Shown here: positions 10,701-23,252 of the stretch, piece after piece | How the letters are laid out: every line of letters starts with the position of its first letter | Numbering within the stretch: position 1 is the stretch's first letter | Origin: Guillardia theta CCMP2712 | Taxonomy: Eukaryota > Protista > Cryptophyta | NCBI RefSeq assembly: GCF_000315625.1 | Contig: NW_005434659.1 | Span: forward strand, 633,788 to 697,787 | Length of the DNA: 64,000 bases | Direction: 5' to 3' | Notes under the pieces: generated by a model | What the model saw: only the letters and a program-made list of their open reading frames with translations | Told to the model about the DNA's origin: nothing | The model's database searches: none | Program-made: the position numbers and the translations under genes

Positions 10701-12736
10701 GAGTTATCGAAGGAAAACTGTCGATCTGACTGCCATGGTGAGTCGGGAAGGAGGAGAGAGGAGGAAAGACCTTGATAAGACTTGACTGATTGCTCGCAAT
10801 CTCATCTATGAGAATACTCCTCTCCTCCTCCAGCTTCTCGCGAATGTTGTCAAGGTGCGACCCAAGACCGTCTCCCTCCCTCCTGTACCCTGCCAGGACA
10901 ATCGGCAGCTTGCCTGCTTGTCAGCCAGGGGGAGACGGTCAGACGGAGCACCTGCTGGCTGCGGAAGGCGAGAGAAAGAGCTTGCAGCTTGGTTCTGATG
11001 TCTCGGACAAGCTCCTGACATGCCGGAAGAAGAAGGAAGAGAAGAAGGAAAGAATAGCGCAGGATCGAGGTCAGGCGAGGGGAGAGGGGAGGCAGGACGT
11101 GAGAAGGAAGGTACGAGAATTATGACAATGCTCACTTCAGCTTTTTCCTTAGCGAATTCCAGGAGCATCAGATTGTGTGTGGCATGCTGAAGGTTTTGAT
11201 CAGCAGGTGACAGAAGAAGAGGAGTGAAGGAGAGGAGAAGAGGAGAGGAGAATAGATTCAGAGCATTTCACCTTATAGGAGGGCGCGAGAGCTTTTGCTC
11301 TCTCGAAGCTTTCTTCCGCTCTATCGAGCTCACCCATCCTAGCAAGCAGAACTCCAACGTTGTTCCGAACGAAAGAAAGGTCCTCGAGCTTAGAAGCCTG
11401 ACGCAAATTGTTTACAACTATCTCCTCCTCCCTCCCTTCTCGCTTCCTCCTTCTCCCTCCTTGTCCCTGCTCCGTGCTCCCAGCTCCCAGCACCCAGCAC
11501 CCTACTCCCTGCTCCCTGCTTCCTCCCCCTTCATCTCGTATTGCTCTGCAACCTCTCTCTTCTCACATTCGAAAAGGCTTCCAATGCCTGCATGAAGTCT
11601 CTCTTCCTCGACCAGGCGATTCCCAGCTGATTGTACGCGACAGCCAGGGAGGGAGAGAGCTGAAGGAGTCGGGTGAAGCAGACGACCTGTAGAGGAGGAA
11701 GTGAGTCCCTTCTCAGCTCCTTCTGTACTCTGTCTGCTACCGCCTCATCTAGCTCGTGCCTGGCAAGCAACTCGTCTCCCCTCTTAAACAGCTGCAGGTC
11801 ACTCAAACCCTGTGCCGAGGCGTCGGATGCCAAAAATAATTCTGAGGAGGAAGAACCAGCACAGGTTCCTCCCTCGCGCCTTGTTCCCTCTATACCACCA
11901 TCATCTCCTCTCTCGCACTCAACACAGCATCGACCATGAATAGCTCCATGCTCCTCCTCCTCCTCCTCCTCCCCTCTTAGTGATCTCAAGTAGAACGACT
12001 TGGCAGCTGTCTGTCGCATGCGAGCCTGCAGCTGCATCTTCCCCTGCTCGACCAGCACTCGAGTGACGGCATAGGAAGGGTTCAGCCTCTCCGCTAGCTC
12101 ATGGCACTGCAGCGCCTCCCAGTCCCTCTCGAGCTCCCACAGCACGAGGCCGATCTGATTGTGAATGTTGAGCCTCGGCTCTAGTCTCAGCGCCCTGGTG
12201 AGAGACTGCAGGGACTCTTCATGCCTCTGCAAGTAGAAGAGCGTCTGCCCCAGCTGGAACTGAGCAAGGCCGCTGCTTGGGTTGATCAAGACGGCAGCCT
12301 GGAGGACGCGCTCAGCCTCTGGGAAGAGCTCGAGGGCGAGGAGCTTATCAGCGACGCGCAGCATGAGAGTCTCATCGCTGAGAGTCCTCGCGAGTTCGAT
12401 CAGACTCTCTGCCATTCCCATCGCCTCGAAGACGTTGGGCTCGCTGCTCAACAAGGACTCCCACTCCTCCATCAACGAGCCTGCGATCTTCTGCGTTCCC
12501 TGAGGAGACAGTCGGACGGCCCTGCTGATCAGTGCCGATGCATACTCAGTGTCGTACTCCTTGAACCCGATGAGAGCCTTGGCATAGCATTCTTTCACGA
12601 GCTCGCTCGGATCGTCAGGATCCTGCTCCAGTCTCGTAGAATCCGACGAGGAGGTTACCGATGACGGGAATACGATGACGGCTGTTTGAAGCATCACTGC
12701 GAGTAGGATGAAGAAGTTGAATGCTGAATTCATCAT
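6421..12736 (-). CDS. Signal peptide + TPR repeats + two tandem GT-B (GT4-like) glycosyltransferase modules
   Basis: N-term MMNSAFNFFILLAVMLQTAVIV; TPRs (AQFQLGQTLF, IHNQIGLVLW, AYNQLGIAW, RNNVGVLL). GT module 1: ILNNRASEVWTADSWQRENF, IKLFPLG, FTFTLIANLQERKG, LWLQTDCIVALSK, GVPTVITD. Module 2: HCGVSTYTLDL, VHVQHEHGIFP, VVITLH, VATFGFFDKKK, VSGSLHLALLAQVP, YMASW..RGIHQQLY; TGA 6421-6423. A single gene is inferred; it could be two. Confidence 0.65.
6865..7020. repeat. (CTCCT)n pentanucleotide microsatellite, intronic
   Basis: About 30 near-perfect CTCCT units; the same unit recurs at 27070-27135, 52910-52960 and 54435-54470. Confidence 0.95.
7583..7805. repeat. Compound (GAT)n microsatellite with recurring GATAATGACGTGAT interruptions, intronic
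   Basis: GAT runs with the interruption 'gataatgacgtg' recurring four times, a higher-order repeat. Confidence 0.9.
10508..10650. repeat. (GAT)n/(GAGATG)n microsatellite, intronic
   Basis: Visible directly; it explains the spurious poly-M, poly-D and poly-I ORFs. Confidence 0.9.
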
Positions 12737-12844
12737 GTGTGTATTCTTGTTCTTTGCGATCCCACCAGCACGGATCATCCAGCGAGCCTCTCCCTCTGCA
12801 AGCCCTTATGTTGTCGAACTACATTTGTCGCCACTTCCCTACAT

Positions 12845-12955
12845 TATCACATCACCATCATCATCATCACATCATCACATCATCACATCATCACATCATC
12901 ACATCATCACATCATCACATCATCACCACCACCACCACATCATCATCATCACATC
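12845..12955. repeat. (CATCA/CAT)n microsatellite upstream of the TPR-GT gene
   Basis: Tandem catcacat units. Confidence 0.85.
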
Positions 12956-13207
12956 GTTGTCTTCGCATCTTCATTTTCTCTTTTCACTCTTGTCAATGTT
13001 ATTGACATGTCGAAATCGGACGCATCAGATCCTTTCACCTAAAAAAATCGTTCACCACCCCACCTCCCTCTATTTAAGTCTACCCACCCCACCACCCCCA
13101 TTTCCCCATCGACTCACCCCACGTTTCCTCACTGCTCCACACCCCTCAACAACCCCTTCCACCCCTTGCACCTCCCCCATTCCTTCACTCAGTCCATGCC
13201 GTGAAAG

Positions 13208-14420
13208 ATGCGCCTCGTCCTCGTCTTCGCAGCGCTCACAAGCTCCTCCTCCTTCCTCCTCTCTCCTCTCCCCCCTCCTCATCTCTCTCGACCTTCACTC
13301 TCCTCCCTTGCTAGATCTGCTAAGAGCAAACCGGCCGCTTCTCCTGTCTTCGTGGAGGTAGTTGGTCGTGCTGCCGGAGCTTGTAGTCTCTGACCAGTCC
13401 AGCAGATCGAAGACATCGGCCATAGCGCATGGAGGCTCGACTCCATCGCTGAGACCCTCAGAGAGGTCGGGAACATGCAGGAATGAACTTGATTGATCCT
13501 CCTCCAGGGGGGTCTTGGCATAATCCCGACAGACACTAGCTATGCGTTTGTGACCTCCATTGAATCGAGGGACGGAGTCTCCAGGTTGCGAGGCCTCAGT
13601 CGATCTGAGCTCAGTCCTTGACGTGCAGGCTGTATGAGCTGAAGCAGCAGGACTCTATCAAGAAGAAGCCCTTTTCCATCTTGTGCGACTCGATCTCGCA
13701 AGTGAGACTTGTCATGGTTGTCTATCTGGTGAAGGAGCTCGCAGATCTCCAAGTACACGACCGCGATCAACTTCAAGAGCGTCTTCAAGATGGTTGTCAT
13801 GAGACAGCTTTGACCCAGCTGACCCTGGACCTCAGCTGAAAGAAGTTCTCCCCGGCCCTTACACCTTCATCTGTCCCTCGACCAACGATCTGCCCCGGAT
13901 GATCATTGATCACAAGAAGCATGCAAAGATATGGAAGAGGAAGGAGATCGGCGTGAGATGTGCTGCCTGACTTGATCCTCTCCTCACGTCTCACTTGTCA
14001 GGTCCGAATCCCGAAAGACGAAGTCTGCCTGCAGCTGATCGGGAAAGTGAGGCGGCCAGGCCATCGGACCAGCTGGTTCCTCTGACTCTTCTCTAAGGTT
14101 GGGACTCCCCTGCTGTGTGCGGGAGTCCACAAGACGGACGAAGAGAGCTACTCGATCGGGCACGTCTTCGCAGAGAACGAGAACCTGGTCGGAGCTGCGG
14201 GGTTGTTGTGCTGCAGTGACGCCTTGCAGATCGACTTCATGGTGGCGGCGGGAGAGCGGAATGCAGAGTCGTCGACGATCGTGGATCTGACCAAGGAGCC
14301 AGCAGTGATTCTCCGGGAGGTGAGGAGAGAGCCTCGGGATCGGGGACGAGACTCACTGGAGCTCAGGGGGCAGGAAATGTCGAGGTGCTGAGAGACTTCA
14401 TCGAATTGTCGGAGGAGTGA
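13208..14420 (+). CDS. YrdC/Sua5/YciO-family protein (threonylcarbamoyl-AMP synthase fold), predicted plastid-targeted
   Basis: Exons give GGLGIIPTDTSYAFV, KKKPFSILC, LPGPYTFI, KRKEIG|VRIP, SSTIVDLT...ILREGAG; TGA 14418-14420. N-term MRLVLVFAALTSSSS^FLLSP is a signal peptide followed by Phe. Confidence 0.85.
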
Positions 14421-14873
14421 AGGAAGCGAGGAAGAGAAGAACTTGTTGTTGTGCATTTAAGTCAAAAGTGATCAAGATTCAAACAAGCATGTTTGGATTA
14501 GACGATGACGAAAATTGAAACTGGAGGATCGAAGTCATCAGTCGTGCCCCATCATGTTCCATCGTCTTTCTTCCGTTCATGTCAGTCAGTCGCATGCAAG
14601 GAGAGCATCGTCATACTTCAACTAGCTGTTGTTAAGCGGCAGTGAATTCACCCATCTTGGTGCTGCACAATCGAGTCACCTCACAACCACTCGGCTATAG
14701 GTGAGGGCGGGAAGTAGGGAGAGTCTGGGAGGACGGAGAGGAGGGAGGACAGCACCTTCCGTTCATCCCAGCCGACCGCAGAGCATCCTTGCTCCCCAGG
14801 CCTCTCCTTGCATCGACGATGGGTGGCCTCGACGAGCTGTAAGGTTCTGGAGGAGGGTTGAACCTGCTGGATG

Positions 14874-15800
14874 TCAGCCTGGGAGATTTCGGAGCAAGGA
14901 TGTCGACCTCTTTCGCTGTACGTCGATGATGAGGGAGCGCAGAACCGCGTCCGTCCCGCTTCCCGCTGAGTTGGAGGAGATAGGAAGTGACCTCTGTTTA
15001 AGCAGCAACTTCAACCACCCTGCGATAGAACCTTCCTCCGCCCCAATTCCCACCTGCACTCCGAGCCGCACGGTGGAGCTCTCAGGGCCGAGGAGCAAGG
15101 GCGCGAGCTGAGCTACAGGCCACCTGACGGAAGGGGATGAGGCACAAGGACACGCCGAGAGAACATCCTCGTCATTACCTGTAAACATTCTTCCCATCTA
15201 CAGTTTGTAGAACATCTCCCACCTACAAGGACGATGTCAGTCGTTCAAGCAGCCGCAAGGTACGTTAGCAACTCACTTGAAGGCCCCCGCTCGAGGATGA
15301 CTCCCATGCTGGCCCTCCAGGGACGAGGCTATCAACAACAAGTGCTCCTGCATGAAGTCTCACCATCGTGGAGCTTACCGTACCGTCACATACCATGAGT
15401 ATCCATTCGAAATACTACCCCGATCCCACATTGTGAACCGTCATGGACAGACTGGAGGTTCTGTATGAGGGTAAGGGTAAGGCTATGGTTATGCGAGGAA
15501 GCAGCAGGATGCTACCGGAGTCTCAGTACGGCGAACAGTTTGCGGCTTTCCTCTGCAGCCACAGCATTCGAAATCGTTCATTGCTCCCCCTCCCCTCCGT
15601 TAGGTTTACTGGTCTTGGTAAGATCTGTTCAATGTGCGATACAGCCGATACGGTCAGCCGACAACCTACAGCTGTCAGAAGCGACGTGTCAGTGACTTGG
15701 ATCGTCTGCAGTCGAATCGACATCCTCTCGCTCTCCTCTTCGGTACTCCTTGTGCTGCTTCCTTCACCTTCCCCTCCATGCCTGCTGCCTGTCTACCTTC
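14874..15800 (-). CDS. PDZ-domain protein
   Basis: Spliced exons: CGIGVVFRMDTH|GALVVDSLVPGGPAWE..|VGDVLQTVDGKNV|..LAPLLLGPESSTVRLGV, a PDZ pattern; start not resolved. Confidence 0.7.
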
Positions 15801-15954
15801 AAACACGAGCTCCTCATCCTAGTAGGTATCGGCATCTAGGACGAGCATCCTCCTTCTGAATCTCTTCTCCCCTCCTCCTCCTCGCCCTCCTCGCCCTCCT
15901 CCATCTCTCCGCCATTTCCCCGCCCACAGAACGGCCATTGCCGCTCCCTCGCTG

Positions 15955-16008
15955 ACTACCCCACCCGGTTTCGGAGTTCCATAATTAAAACTCTACAGGT
16001 GGGGTAGT
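15955..16008. promoter_or_regulatory. Candidate bidirectional promoter: 11-bp inverted repeat around an AT-rich core
   Basis: ACTACCCCACC (15955-15965) and its exact reverse complement GGTGGGGTAGT (15998-16008) flank 32 nt containing CATAATTAAAA, between divergent genes. Confidence 0.4.
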
Positions 16009-16024
16009 GGAACGGGGAGGAAAA

Positions 16025-17579
16025 ATGCGGGGCATGTGGGCGGTGGGAGCGGTGGGGATGGCGAACTTGCTGCTGTCGCTATGGCTGTCGCCGAGGATGA
16101 GCTCGGAGCCTGAGGAGAGATGGAGGAACCTGCGGGTCCCTCGAGGCTCCGTCAAGGTCTACGTGCAGTCCTCCTCCGCTCCCTCGGGCACTATCGAGTT
16201 CCGCCAGCTCCACATCAGGAGGAACGACAGGAGAAACATCCTGGTGGAGGTTGAGATCAGCATCATGAACGGCATGGTGGAAGGGGCACCAAGGACGGAT
16301 GGCAGATCGCAGAGCGATCTCTTGCAGCAGTTCCAGCTCCTGTCGAAGGGAGCAGACGAAGACGGGAAGGAGGTGTTGGTCTACCGCTCGTTGTCCAACC
16401 TGACGAGAGCGACAAAAGCTCGCGATCAGGTGCTGCACGTCATGAACATGAGCGATCCATACCGCTACAAGATAGACTACGAGGTCTTCTACCTGGATGC
16501 CGAGAGCGCCTTCAACAACAAGAGGATCATGGCAAGCGGCGTCATCACCAGCGGCGACTACGAGTATCGCAGGATGTTCGCTTCCCCTTCGACTGTCCAC
16601 TCGGCGGCACATGGCCTGACGTTCGAGCTGGAGGCGAAGTCGAGCCCCGTCATGGTGTCGCTGCTCAGAACGAGAGGACTCGCCTCCTTCCAGCGCGGTC
16701 CTCTAACTCCCCCACTGCATATCCGAGTCTACCTGTCCACGGAGGACAAGGATGTAGCAGCGAGGAAGTGGCGGCTGATAGGAGAGATGTTTGACACCCC
16801 TCTCTCCTCCTCTTGGGACCTCTCCGATCTCCCCATCGAGCCTTTCTACATCGCCTCTGGTCAGCGCGTCTCCCTCAGTATTCATACCGACCACCCTCTC
16901 GGACTCTCCGTCGCCGTCCCCTCCTTCGAGGGGATGGCGTCAGAGATCGAGGCTCGGACCCACGGCTCCCTCCTCGTCCCGCAGTGGCTGTCGATGATGA
17001 CGGAGAGCAGGCCAGCTGGCGTGCATGAGGACGAGTGGGTACGCGTGCTGCCTGGGGCAGTGCTCGACTTCGAGCCTCTGCTGGAAGCGAGGCCCCAGCA
17101 GCTCCGCTGCTTCATCGGGATGATCCAGTACAGCATCCTCGGGGAGGAGGGTGACTACCGACAGGTGCTCCTGTCATGTGAGGATGAAACTTCTCACTTC
17201 TGGACAGGGAGGGATGGCAAAGTTGTTCCGCGAGCACGTCGTCTGGTTCAACAGCCACACGCAGGTTTGCTCAACAGGACGTTTGCCTCCTTGTCCAGCT
17301 CTCCCCAGCTTCCTCAATTCGTCCATCTGTTCTGCTTCCCTCTCGCTCTCTGTTGCTTCCACTTGCTCCCTCTCGCTGCTTCGTCCTCATGCTTCTCCTG
17401 AAGCTGTCATCAGGTGCTGGCAGCACCCGAGACGAAGAGAAGGCACGCAAGGGAGGAGGAGAGGAAAAGGTGACCCTTATTGTCTCTTGTTGACGGGCAT
17501 GACTGACCGCTGTCGTAGAGAGTCCAAGAGCGCTCAGGCGTTCTGCTTCCAGTGAGAGCTGCGACAAGATCGCGTGTAA
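16025..17579 (+). CDS. Hypothetical protein with N-terminal hydrophobic segment
   Basis: About 1.25 kb uninterrupted GC3-rich ORF (MRGMWAVGAVGMANLLLSLWL...) plus small 3' exons; no family recognised. Confidence 0.65.
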
Positions 17580-17689
17580 TATACATTGGGGGGGGGAGGG
17601 GGGGGATGGGTGAAGGAGGGAGGCGAGGTGAGGGAGAGGGAGCAGGTGTAAAGAGAATTCTTTTCAGTCTGGACTGCTCTCTTCCACCG

Positions 17690-19335
17690 GTATGTCGTCA
17701 TACTGCAGTACACAGTCATTCCATGGAGGGACTTGTAAGGGGAGGAGGAGGAAGCAAAAAGATGAGGAGGGGGAAGATGGCGATAAGGGAGTGAGACCGT
17801 GATGTCGTAGACTGGTTCTTCTCCCCTTGTCGCCAGGAATGATTCCATTTGTTGTAACATCTTGTCGACGATCTGAAAACCAGAATTGAGAAGCATATCA
17901 CAACAGACGCCTCCCTCCCTCCCTCTCCTTCCTCCCTCCCTCCTCGTTTCCTTTTTTGCTTTCCCTCCCACATCTTCCTTGAGCCAAAATACCGTCTTTG
18001 CCAGCACTATGAGCTTGATCCACTGGTGGAATTAGTCAAGTCAGACGCAACGGCAAGGAGAGCGGGGGACCACATGGACAGCAAGAGCAGCGGAATGGTG
18101 GCAGCAGGGAGGGGCGGAGGGAAGGCCCGGGAAGGTGACAGCGACTTACTCTTGGCTGGGTCTTAGGGTTGTTGAGAACCTCTTCGTAGAGATCTCGCCT
18201 GTCGTTGAGGTACTCTTGGAAAGCTTCATGTCTGCGGTTCCTCATCACCATCGCACCGGATGACTGGGACTACCCACTGGTCCAGCAGCTCGGTCGGGAC
18301 ACTAGGATGCAAGCCCAGCTGATCGCCGTCGGTCTAGAAAGTCTCAGTTTCTCTCTTCCTCTCCTCTCTTGCTCCTCCTCTCCTCTATCCCAGCTCCTTG
18401 CCTCTCTCGCAGCCACTCGTGTGTCTGTGTGTTTTCCCTTTCTCACCTTGTAGACTCCGTTCTTGTAGTATCCATAGAAGCCAGGGTTGACTTTGAACCT
18501 CTCCTCCCGCTTCTGCAGGTCGAGCGTCATGAACATGAGGTACGAGGGGAGTCGCTTCCTTCAGTGCCACGTCATCGATGCCCTCGGCGATCAACATCTG
18601 AACCTCCACCGGCTCGCCTCGGCTCCCCACCATAGTCACGCAGGGACTCAAAGGGGGCTGCATCGCTTTGAACTGCCTGGCAAACGGACTTAAATGGACA
18701 AGCTGCATTGAACTCCTCCTCTTCCTTCCTCCCCCCCCTGCCTCTCCTCCTGCTCTTTGCCTCACTTCCAATCTGTCACTTCCTCATGTTCAAACCACTC
18801 ATGCTCTGGGATGACTGGATCCTTGCGATCAATCGGCTTTCCCCAGGAATCGCAGCATTTGGTTGGGCCTCCACTTGGAGCTCCTCCAAACGCCTTGAAG
18901 GGATCGACTTTGAGCCCTATGGAAACAGTTAGTGGGATTGAATTTGAAGTAGGCGGAACTGATCATGGTAGTGTCGAAGAATGAAGTCAATTTAAGGTTA
19001 AAGGCGAATTTAGGAAGAAAGACATATGGGAGCACAGGAGTGAGATAGAGATGGTGGAGGTGGGGATTGGGGAGGCGAGCGAGGAAATTAAGAGGGAGAG
19101 GAGGGAAGAGATTTCTGGGAGGGAGGAGAATACCTCTCGCTTCTCGCTCCTCAAAGTCCTTCCTGAACTCAGGAGGCACCTCAGGACGCCATGGGCATCT
19201 CAGATTGTCATCATCTTCATACTCCAACTCGCCCTGGTGAGCCCACACGTCTTCGATGGTTCGATCGGACTCTGACTCTGTCGTCCTGTTTGGGTGCAGC
19301 GGGCGAATCAAGTCTCTCTCTATCGGGCCATCCAT
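17690..19335 (-). CDS. Hypothetical multi-exon protein
   Basis: Exon-like segments (MDGPIERDLIRP..., KREERFKVNPGFYGYYKNGVYK, HEAFQEYLNDRRDLYEEVL, IVDKMLQQMESFL) separated by GT-AG introns; it may be joined to the upstream exosome gene. Confidence 0.45.
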
Positions 19336-19779
19336 GTCTGCAGCAGACAAGTCACACCTAGCAAGGCACACGCTGATGCTGGACAACAGCACGTGAGGCC
19401 AGGAGGGTGGAGTTGATGGTCAAAGTTGTCAATGCAGGGCAGGAATGGACCGGGAGAATGGGGTATGGGGGGGAGCTGCTGAGTTGACCTATGAGGCAGA
19501 TGACGGCTCGAGACATGTTGGGGACGAGGACATCGGGGAAGTCTGGCCCAGCTATGGTGAAATTGCTTCCTGACCTCTCAGGGTGCGAGAAATTTGACCA
19601 GAGAACTTGTTCATCTTCGAACCTGACACGTCTATCAGCACGATGACGAGAAAGAGAATGCCAACATGTTAGGGACCCAGGGATCAGAAAGATGGCGAAG
19701 AATGCAAGGCAAGGCAGGGATCGGACACGCAGCAGGTGAAGAACAGGCGAGCAAACAAGTGATGGGGGGAGATTACATG

Positions 19780-21500
19780 TTCACATCCTCGTCATCTCGC
19801 ACTGTCCGCGCTGCAAGTATCAGACGACCGTCTGCAGCACACTCCTCCTGCACAGCAGAAATTCAGAGCGAGCGAGCGAGCGAGAGAGAGAGAGATGCTT
19901 TGTCCTACCCCTTCTGTCGGATCGATCACCCATGCGGACCCGAGGCGATATAGAGAGACAGTGAGCGGGCAGTTGATGGAGTCGAGTCGCCAGTAGCTGT
20001 ACCATCGCGTCATGGGGGGTTTAGAAAACCTCACACGTCTCACGTTGATCGATCATCATCCATCTCCACAGAGATTCGGTCTTCTGGTCCATCCTGTTTG
20101 AAGACTGCTTCCAGTATCACACCCTCCCTCCCTGCTCCCCCCCTGCCCTCTTCCCTCCCTGGCTCCCTCCCTCCCTCTCCTCCTATCTCTCTTCCCATCT
20201 CCTCTCTCACTCATTCTCGGAAACCATGTGGACCGCAGCGCTGCTCGGACCGCCATGACACTTGCATCAAGAAGATTCCCATCTGCCTCCAGCAGGTGAA
20301 CTTTGACATGCAGCAACCAGCTGAAAGGAGGTCAGGTCAAGTCGAGGAAGAGGACAAACACTTGCTTCAGCTTCCCCGGAATGATACATAGTCTGTCGTC
20401 TTTGATGACCTGGAGTTCTAGAGTGTTGTACAGTCTTTCGAGGGTGCTGGTGGATTTGCGAACAGGAAGAGAAGAGAGGCAGAAGGCAAGGATAAGATCA
20501 CCGCAATCAGATTTTTCTGCCCTCCTCACAGGTATCCAAGCAGTACCTCATGACGAGAAAGGAATAATCGCTCACAGCTTCCTGTTGCACAGGATCTCAG
20601 ATAGCGGCCCCAACGGACTTCAAAACCTCGTCGTCTCTCTCCTGTCCGGAGCTTCCTGGCCCGCCGATCCCACGAAAATCGACTGAAAATGTGATAGGGG
20701 CAGGCCCGAGGCGACCAGGCGGGTGAGGTTTAGAGAACTCAGCGTGGACAGCTGGGAAGGCCTCTCTTAGGAGGCAGCCAAGAGACAGCAAGAGACGGAC
20801 TCACAACACAGCACGTCTGTCCTGCCAAACCTCACGCGGGAGGAGCCGAAGGTGTTGGGCAGGACGGCGACTTCCACATTGACCTGCAACATTCAGAGGG
20901 GGAGAGTGCAGCGTGACATGCTTACAGGCCTCGATTGGAGAGATTTCCTGCCATCCTCTCGCAGCCCTGTCCTGAGAGAGGCTGTGAGCGAGGGCGAGCA
21001 GCCAGGCCCAGCTCACATTGCTTGGAGTCGGATACTCGACTTGTGGCTCTCAGGCATCTGGTATGTGATCCCGTAGTTCGCATCGACATCATGGGTAGTG
21101 CGGCATAAAAGCAGCACGAGGAAAATAAATCTTTCTCCAAGTAGAGATGACATCCTAGAAGGTAAGGTGGAAGATGGTAGACTTACAACATGACCGAGAG
21201 AGAATCTAGATACGAAGTGTCAGATACTCAGGATAATCCAGTCAATGAGGGCCATTTAGACAGTACTCGCTCTAAGATACCCTCAAAGCCCATCTTCCAT
21301 TGGAGTTTCTTTCTTTCTTCACCTCGTACCTTCCTTGCTAAATGATGTCTCGACCCGGTTGTTCTGGTCGAAAGACTTCATTCTTAGATTGACACCCTCT
21401 TATCTCCATGTGCACCTCCATCTATGGGATGCAAACCCCATCCCTTCCTCCTCATCCTCGTCCTTAGTCCTCGTCCTCGTCCTCGTCTTCGATCTCCTTT
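19780..21500 (-). CDS. Exosome RNase PH-like subunit (Rrp42/Rrp43/Rrp45 group)
   Basis: GLREDGRKSLQSRP|VNVEVAVLPNTFGSSRVRFGRTDVLC, LCIIPGK, LHVKVHLLEADGNLLDASVMAVRAALRSTWFP, VIDPT|EECAAD. Termini approximate. Confidence 0.75.
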
Positions 21501-23252
21501 CGTGAAACCCTTGCGGGCGCATCACAAGCAAGGATCCAGAAAAATACTTTTATGACATTGCTTGATGGTACAATTACAGTAGCAATCTTAAAATTTTAAA
21601 AAAATATTTAGATGAGAGTTACTTACTTATGAACTTTTAAAAATTGAGATTGAGGTTTCTGTATAATAAAGGAGACTGATAAGTGATAATTAAAATTATC
21701 TAATTTGTACATCTATAAACAGTGCTAACAATTATAAAATATCTATAACTAAGTTATATTCAGTGCGTCCGCAGCTGTGGATCACACTGATTGGTTTCCA
21801 TGGTAGGTTATAAAATTTGATCTACTTGATGAAATAGTTTGCACAATCCATTCATATTTGAATTTCTCGAATAAATTGGATTGAAAAAATTGAAACTTTG
21901 TGCACGAGACCCGATCTTGTCTCCCCTAGCGGACAAAACCTGGTAGACCCCCACCCTTCCATGATCCCACCCCTTCTTTGAACCCCCTCTCGTTTGACAC
22001 CTGGTCGATAGACCCACCCACCCCACATTCACTTGTTTACAAATTTACTCACCCGTCAATTTGATTGAAAAATCAGGTTCTAAAGGTAGGTCAGGGCTGA
22101 GATACACCCATGGACATACTCTCCCACCCTACCCTGTCAACTTTCAATTATACCCACTACCCCCTTGCTTACCGTCGCCTCCGCCGTCATGTCCTCACAA
22201 GTCATCGGTAAGTATGTCGGAGCTTCGCCATTCCTGCATGGCGCCTCGGAATATTTTATCGTCCCCTTCCTCTTCTTCTTCCTCCTCCACATCCTTGTCT
22301 CCTTCTGTTCCTGTCTTCCTCGCTCATCGCATCTGTTTTCCTTTGTCTTTACCTTCACTCTCATATAAGTTCATTGACTGCAATCCAATCCTACTTCATA
22401 CTCACTTCCACATAAACTCATCAGGACTTAACTCGTAACTGATGAATCAATATTACTAACTCTATAATCTGGTGACATTTTTGATTATCTTTTCCGTTTG
22501 GTCTTGTTCGATGCCTACTTCACTGTTGTCGCCTGATACTTGTTTGGGTCACCATCTTATTAACTCCAATTGAAACGCCCGTCAATGTCATTATCGTGTG
22601 CAGACGCGAATTGCCAAGTGTTATAGGAATGAGCGCGATCGATGAAAACATTACGATTTTTAAGAGCGAAATCATGATGTAGATCGTTGCTTTCGAGCTG
22701 TTCTAATATTCTTGAGATTCTGTGTGTCTATCGTGTTCCATCAGCTCTCTGAAGGTAGACGATTGATGATGCTGAGTTGTACATAGTAGGAACTTGATAT
22801 TGTTTTGTAGTTTGTTCGATTTTTATGGATATTTTTATGTGTTCATCCTAAGGAGGGGTTGATGATTTTGCACTTGCGTTTGCGATGTGGAAGATTGTTC
22901 ATCTTAGCTCAGTCTGAAGCTATTGTTTTCGTTGTTTCCCACTGGAGGTTGATGCGATTTGTGTGTGAAATCACCATGTTCCAAGTTCTTCTCGACATGT
23001 TTGCGTTCATCCGCGAATCTTTCAACAAGGGAACTCAAATTGTGCACGTCACTTCTGAGATGCATGTGTGAGTATGCACACGCCTCTTTCACGCCTTATT
23101 CAACTCTCTCCTTTGTGACCGCAAGTGTTTCATATCCGCTGGTACCAGCGAGAGCATCGATGCTTCTGGTGGAGCATCACTCTTGTGTTGTTTGGGTGTT
23201 GAAATCAGGCCTTCTACCATTGCATCACCCATCAATAACCCTCTTACTTCAG

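Noticed and set aside
22405-22450. Hammerhead ribozyme core (CTGATGA on both strands)
   Set aside because: No stem II followed by GAAA at a suitable distance; it is only a short inverted repeat.
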